From Eledone cirrhosa (taxonomy: Eukaryota): a stretch of DNA of 64,000 nt. Under the pieces are notes generated by a model. The model ran no database searches. It was not told the origin of the DNA and saw only the letters and a list, made by a program, of their open reading frames with translations. The stretch covers positions 53,816,001-53,880,000 of the forward strand of contig OZ024751.1 in the NCBI GenBank assembly GCA_964016885.1, read 5' to 3'. Shown here piece by piece: positions 59,098-64,000 of the stretch; positions within the stretch are counted from its first letter, which is position 1; the number at the start of each line of letters is the position of its first letter. A program made the translations under genes and the position numbers.

Positions 59098-62000
59098 GGA
59101 AAAATTTGAACAGGAACAAAACAGAGAGGTAGTACAACGAATGTTTATTAATTTCACGCTCTGGAGAGTGGGGTGGTGGTGGGGAACGACGTTTCGGGCA
59201 TAAGCCCTTCCTCAGGTGAGAAGTGTGTGGGAACAGAGTTCAAAGGGTGTGTAGGGGAGTGGTGGAGAGACATATAGCGAAAGGAAACGGTGCGAATGAA
59301 ATTAAAAATAAAAATAAAAATAAAGCATGATCAAAATAAAAGGAATGAAATAAAAATAAATATAAAAGCATGATCAAAATAAACTGAAATTAAAAAAGGG
59401 TAAAACAGGTGGTGGAAGGGTGTGGGGTGTGTAGGGGTGGCGGCGGGTGGAGTGGGGAGAGGGAGACGGGTGTCCGAGCGGGGAGGGCTGAAGGTGGTGT
59501 GTGTGTGTATGTAGGTGTACGTGTGTGTGTGTGTATGTGAAAGTAAGGGTTGGGGGAAGAACGGGGTTGCATGTTCAGGAAGAGGTGTGTGTGGGGGGTT
59601 GTAGGTCGGAGTGTCTGTGCGTGTGTGGATAGAGGGGTGGGGTAAGAGGAATCAGGAGGCTGAGGGTGTAAATATGTGGTGGAAAGCACCTGTGTGTGTG
59701 GGGTTTAAGCGTGTTGTGGGTGTAGGTGGCGTGTGGGAGAAAACATTTTTTTTGGGGCGTGTGTGTGGGTGAGTTATATAGGTGATTCCGTAAGAGGATG
59801 GTTGAAATGTTGGTAAATTCCTATGATCTTAGTAGATTCCGTGGTGGTCAAGTTCCACATACGAGTATTCCATGAAGAGATGGTCGGAAGAGGAGAGATG
59901 TGGGGTGCGCGCGCAACAGGAAGTGGTCAAGCGGTGGGAGTGCTGTGTGTCTGTTTGTGCTCGAAGGTGGTCAGAGGGCATAGCAGCAGTCGGGTGGAAT
60001 GGTAAAGGGGCGAGGATGGGTAGGTGTGAAAGTTGGAGTGAGGAGGGTGTGTGTGTGTATTAGTAGAGGTGTTAGTGGGATGAGTGAGTGTGGAGCGAGG
60101 GTGTGGGTGGAGCGGGGAGAGAAGGGCGTGTGTAGTTCTATGGAGGGAGTTTGGTGTACTGGTGTGTGTGTAGTTTGATGAAGGGGGTGTTAGTGGGTGT
60201 TAGTATACGGGAGGTGGGGAAAGGGTTGAATGCAGGTGTGAGTGGGGGTTAGTGGTGGTAGGGTGTGTAGAGTTGGTGGTGTACGAGGGTATGTGGGTAC
60301 GTGTGCGTGGGGTTGGGGGGTGTTAGTGATGTTAGTTGCTTGTGGGGTGGGTGGTGTAAGTGGGTGCGTGTGTTCGTGTGCTTGGGGTCAGGGGGTGTTA
60401 GTGAGGTTAGTTGCGGGGTGGTGGGATGGAGGTGTGGGGGTGAGGGTTAGTGGTGGTAGTAGGGTGTGTGTTTAGTGTGAGCGCGTGTATATATGTGCCG
60501 GAGGGTGTGTGCGTGTGATAAGGAGGGGGGGAGAAGAAGGGAGGGATGTTAGTATGTTAGTTGGGGAAGGGTGGTCGGATGAGGGGTGGAGTGGAGGTGT
60601 TAGTATTGTTAGTTGTGGGGTGGGCGGTGAAAAGGAGGGGTGTGTTAGTGGTGTTAGTGGGGGATATGTGTGGGGGGAGGGGGCGGTCGAAGGCTAAAGG
60701 AATAAGGGTGGGGAGTTCAGGCCGGGGGAGTGTGGGTCTGTAAGATGAAGATAGTTCTTTGTTCGACTCTAAGGAGATTGGCGGGTGTTCCGTGGCATTG
60801 GAGTAGGCCACAGACTGTGAGATGGCGTGTGGAATGTCCAGGGGCACCAAAGTGGCGGGCGATGGGGGACTACCATCGACGAATATCCCGGAGGTGCTCA
60901 GTGAATCGGTCCGCCAGGCGACGTCCCGTCTGTCCGACATAAGTCGCGCTGCACACCGTGCAGCGAAGTCCGTAGACTAGGTTGGAGGAGGTGCAGCGGA
61001 AGGCATGCCGGACAGAGAGAGAGTGGCCGTTGGGACCATGGAAGGTGGTGGTGTTGGTGATGTGGGGACACGTGTTGCAGCGGGGCCTAGGACAGGGAAA
61101 GGAACCGGGGGGGGGGGAAGAGCGTGGGTTGGGGGTATGGAGCTGTGGACGAGGAGGGTGCGGAGATTGCGTGCGCGTTTGAAGGAGGGGAGTGGTGGGG
61201 TTGGGAAGATGTGGGAGGTGGAGGGGTCGGACTGGAGGCGTCGGAAGAGGCGGCGGATGGTGCGGTGGAGGGGTAAGGTGGAGGGGTGGTAGGTGATGGG
61301 GAAGGGGAGACGGTGGGTAGGTGTGCGGTGGTGTGGGGTGAGGGTGGTGGAGCGGTGTGGACGAGAGAGGGGGGTAACCTCTGCGGATGAAATGGCTGAC
61401 TAGGGAAAGGGCCTGGGACTCGAAGTCAGCATCTCGGCTACAGAGGCGGCGGATCCTGAGGAGTTGGGAGTAGGGAGTGGAGTGTTTAGTGTGGGTGGGG
61501 TGGGAAGAGGTGAAGTCGAGGTAAGAGTGGGAGTCGGTGGGTTTGAAGAAGGCGGAGGTGACGAGGGAGTGGTGGGAGGGGTCGAAGGCGACGGAGATGT
61601 CTAAGAAGTGGACGTGGGTGGTGGAGATAGAGGTGGTGAAGTGGAGGGAGGGGTGGAAGGAGCAGAATAAGGAGAGAAAGGAGTCGAGCTGTTCTCGGGT
61701 GAGGGTCGTGGCTCCGATACAGTCGTCAATGTAACGACCGTACAGTTCGGGCGTGGGGCCGGTGTACTGGGCAAAGATTTGGGCCTCAACATGGCCAACA
61801 AAAAGGTTGGCATAGTTCGGGCCCATTCTTATACCCATGGCTACCCCCGTGACCTGTTGGTAAAACTCACCCGAGAAGGAGAAACAATTGAGGGTGAGGA
61901 CCAGCTCGGAAGGCGAAGGGGGGTGGGGGTGGAGGGAATGGGGAAGGGGCGAAGGTTGAGGTAGTGTTTGAGGGCGCGTAGGCCGTCGGCGTGGGGGATG

Positions 62001-62408
62001 ACGGTATAGAGGGACTTGATGTCTAGGGTGAAGAGGAAAGGCCGTGGGCCGGGTGGGTAGGTGAAGGAGTCGAAAAGGCGCAGGGCGTGGTTGGTGTCGG
62101 AGATGTGGGAGGGGAGGGTGGTGACAAGGGGGGCGAGGATGGAGTCGAGAAAGGCGGAGATGAGTTCGGTGGGGCAGTTGCAAGCGGAGACGATGGGGCG
62201 GCCGGGGTTGTCGGGTTTGTGGAGTTTGGGGAGCAAGTAGATGGTGGGGGTGCGGGGGGTGCGGACGATGAGGTGGGAAGCGGTGGGGGGGGGAGGGAGG
62301 AGGCGATAAGGTCTTGGATGGTGGAGGAGACTTGTTGTTGGTAGAGGGTTGGGATCGGAGGGTAGAGGGCGGTAGAAGAGGGGGTTACAGAGCTGCCTGT
62401 GGGCTTCG

Positions 62409-62410
<2 letters not shown>
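59095..62410 (-). mobile_element. Neptune-type PLE, C-rich sense strand, 5'-truncated, frameshifted
   Basis: LPKLHKPDNPGRPIVS, LDIKSLYTVIPH, GVAMG.RMGPNYANLF, RYIDD, KPTDSHSYL..SSHP, C.RPRCNTC, NLVYGLRC..C..YVGQTGRRLADRFTEH. Confidence 0.93.
59185..59220 (-). ncRNA. Minimal hammerhead motif
   Basis: cac-CTGAGGA-agggcttatgccc-GAAA-cg-TC-gtt. Confidence 0.75.
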
Positions 62411-62444
<34 letters not shown>

Positions 62445-62458
62445 TATTGTATAGAAGG

Positions 62459-62509
62459 AGCTTCTACAGGACTAGTACTGTTTCATTCAGACAAAATCTT
62501 CAGGAAGCT
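62459..62509 (-). ncRNA. Canonical type I hammerhead motif in a PLE terminal fragment (about 62440-62660)
   Basis: agcttc-CTGAAGA-ttttgtctgaat-GAAA-cag-tactagtc-ctg-TA-gaagct. Confidence 0.82.
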
Positions 62510-63104
62510 GGGTGTCATATGAAGTTCTGGTATTTATACATTTAGGTAGTGGTAAGGGAGGGGTGGTGGCTGGGGGGGATTTTTTGGGGTAGGATGGTAT
62601 TTAGATACACAGGACCACAACATGGCACAGGCCGTTTTTTCTTTGGGGAGTGGTCAATTAGCCAGAGTGCTTTTTTGAAATAAATAAATAAGTAAATAAA
62701 TAGATAAATGAATAAATAAAAAAAAAAATAAATTAAAACATAAAAAAATAAATAAATAAAACCCCCAAGAATCGTAATTCAACAGATATATATGTGTAAA
62801 TATATATATATATATATACACATATATATACATATATATACACACAAGAAAAACACACAAATATACACACACACACGCATACACATACACACACATATAT
62901 ATATCTACACATATACACGTGCGCATACACACATATATATATATATATACACACATACATGTATGTATGTCTCTCGGTATAAACTATACTATACATACAT
63001 ATGCACACACATACATACACATACATACACACACACACACATACATACATACACACATATATACATATATACATATACACACACACACACACATACATAT
63101 ATAT

Positions 63105-63155
<51 letters not shown>

Positions 63156-63326
63156 CACATATACAAGCACACACGCATACATACACATACATACATACAA
63201 ATAAGTACACATAAACACATATGCACAAACACGCACTCGTTCGCACACATACATGTGTCTATAATATAATGGGAAAAGGTAGTGGGACAAATTTTAAACT
63301 GGGCCTGATAGAGGATTAAAATAATT

Positions 63327-63406
63327 AATATCACTACAATATCACTACAATATCACTACAATATCACTACAATATCACTACAATATCACTACAATATCAC
63401 TACAAT
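63327..63406. repeat. 11-bp tandem repeat aatatcactac, about 7 copies
   Basis: Direct reading. Confidence 0.9.
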
Positions 63407-63409
63407 AAC

Positions 63410-64000
63410 GAATGAACCTAGGACCCTACCACAGACAGGCCGTTCTAAACAGACATTGATTGGCGAAACTGACGTGGCAAATAAATCCTGCCACACACAG
63501 GCCATCCAAGTGCCTCTTGTAAATGACAAGAATGAAGACAATGACATGCAAACACCTACAAAACAAGAAACAGGAGATCCTGCAGAAAAAGACCAAACTT
63601 CCCACGAAAAGAAACAGATTCAGAGCAAACGCTCAAATGAAGAAAGGCCAGTATGTATCCATTACAGGAGCAACAAGTGCAAACATGGTCTTTCAGGTAA
63701 AGGGTGCACGTACAGTCACCCCAAACCATGCAAACCATATATCAACTTCGGTACTGATCGAAAAAAAGGATGCCAAAATGGCCGAGAATGTGAACTCCTT
63801 CACCCAAAGATATGCCGCAATTCGCTGAGAAAAAAAGAATGTTTTGACGAGAATTGCAAATTTATGCACCGCAAGGGTACAATTCGCATAAAAACTACTG
63901 AACCCACACCACCAGGACCAAGCTCAGCAGGGTATGAAAACCATTTCCCAAAAATGCAGAAACCAGGTCATGGCTCAACAGTGAATGAAAATCCTGCTAC
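63410..64000 (+). mobile_element. Probable LINE ORF1 (CR1/L2 group) with three CCCH fingers, open to the window end
   Basis: Frame not in the supplied track: VCIHYRSNKCKHGLSGKGCTYSHPKPCKPYINFGTDRKKGCQNGRECELLHPKICRNSLRKKECFDENCKFMH. Confidence 0.7.

Overview
AT-rich, microsatellite-saturated eukaryotic DNA. The SINE, RTE and Penelope repertoire suggests an octopod cephalopod (inference). I find no intact host gene. The window is a stack of mobile elements, mostly separated by (TA)n tracts: two RTE LINEs plus fragments, at least seven Penelope-like elements (PLEs; Naiad-type, Neptune-type and others) with pseudo-LTRs, two tRNA-derived SINE families, mariner derivatives, a piggyBac-type MITE, a probable non-autonomous Helitron, and a CCCH-finger LINE ORF1 running off the right end. 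Two signals stand out. First, about 15 type I hammerhead ribozyme motifs lie in PLE termini and solo foldbacks, including two unrelated families with a compensatory U3-A8 core. Second, about ten short non-repetitive islands between 2 and 29 kb translate, on both strands and with stops, into death-domain/CARD-like helices. That match is by eye only and needs an HMM test. Most long ORFs in the supplied track are microsatellite artefacts.
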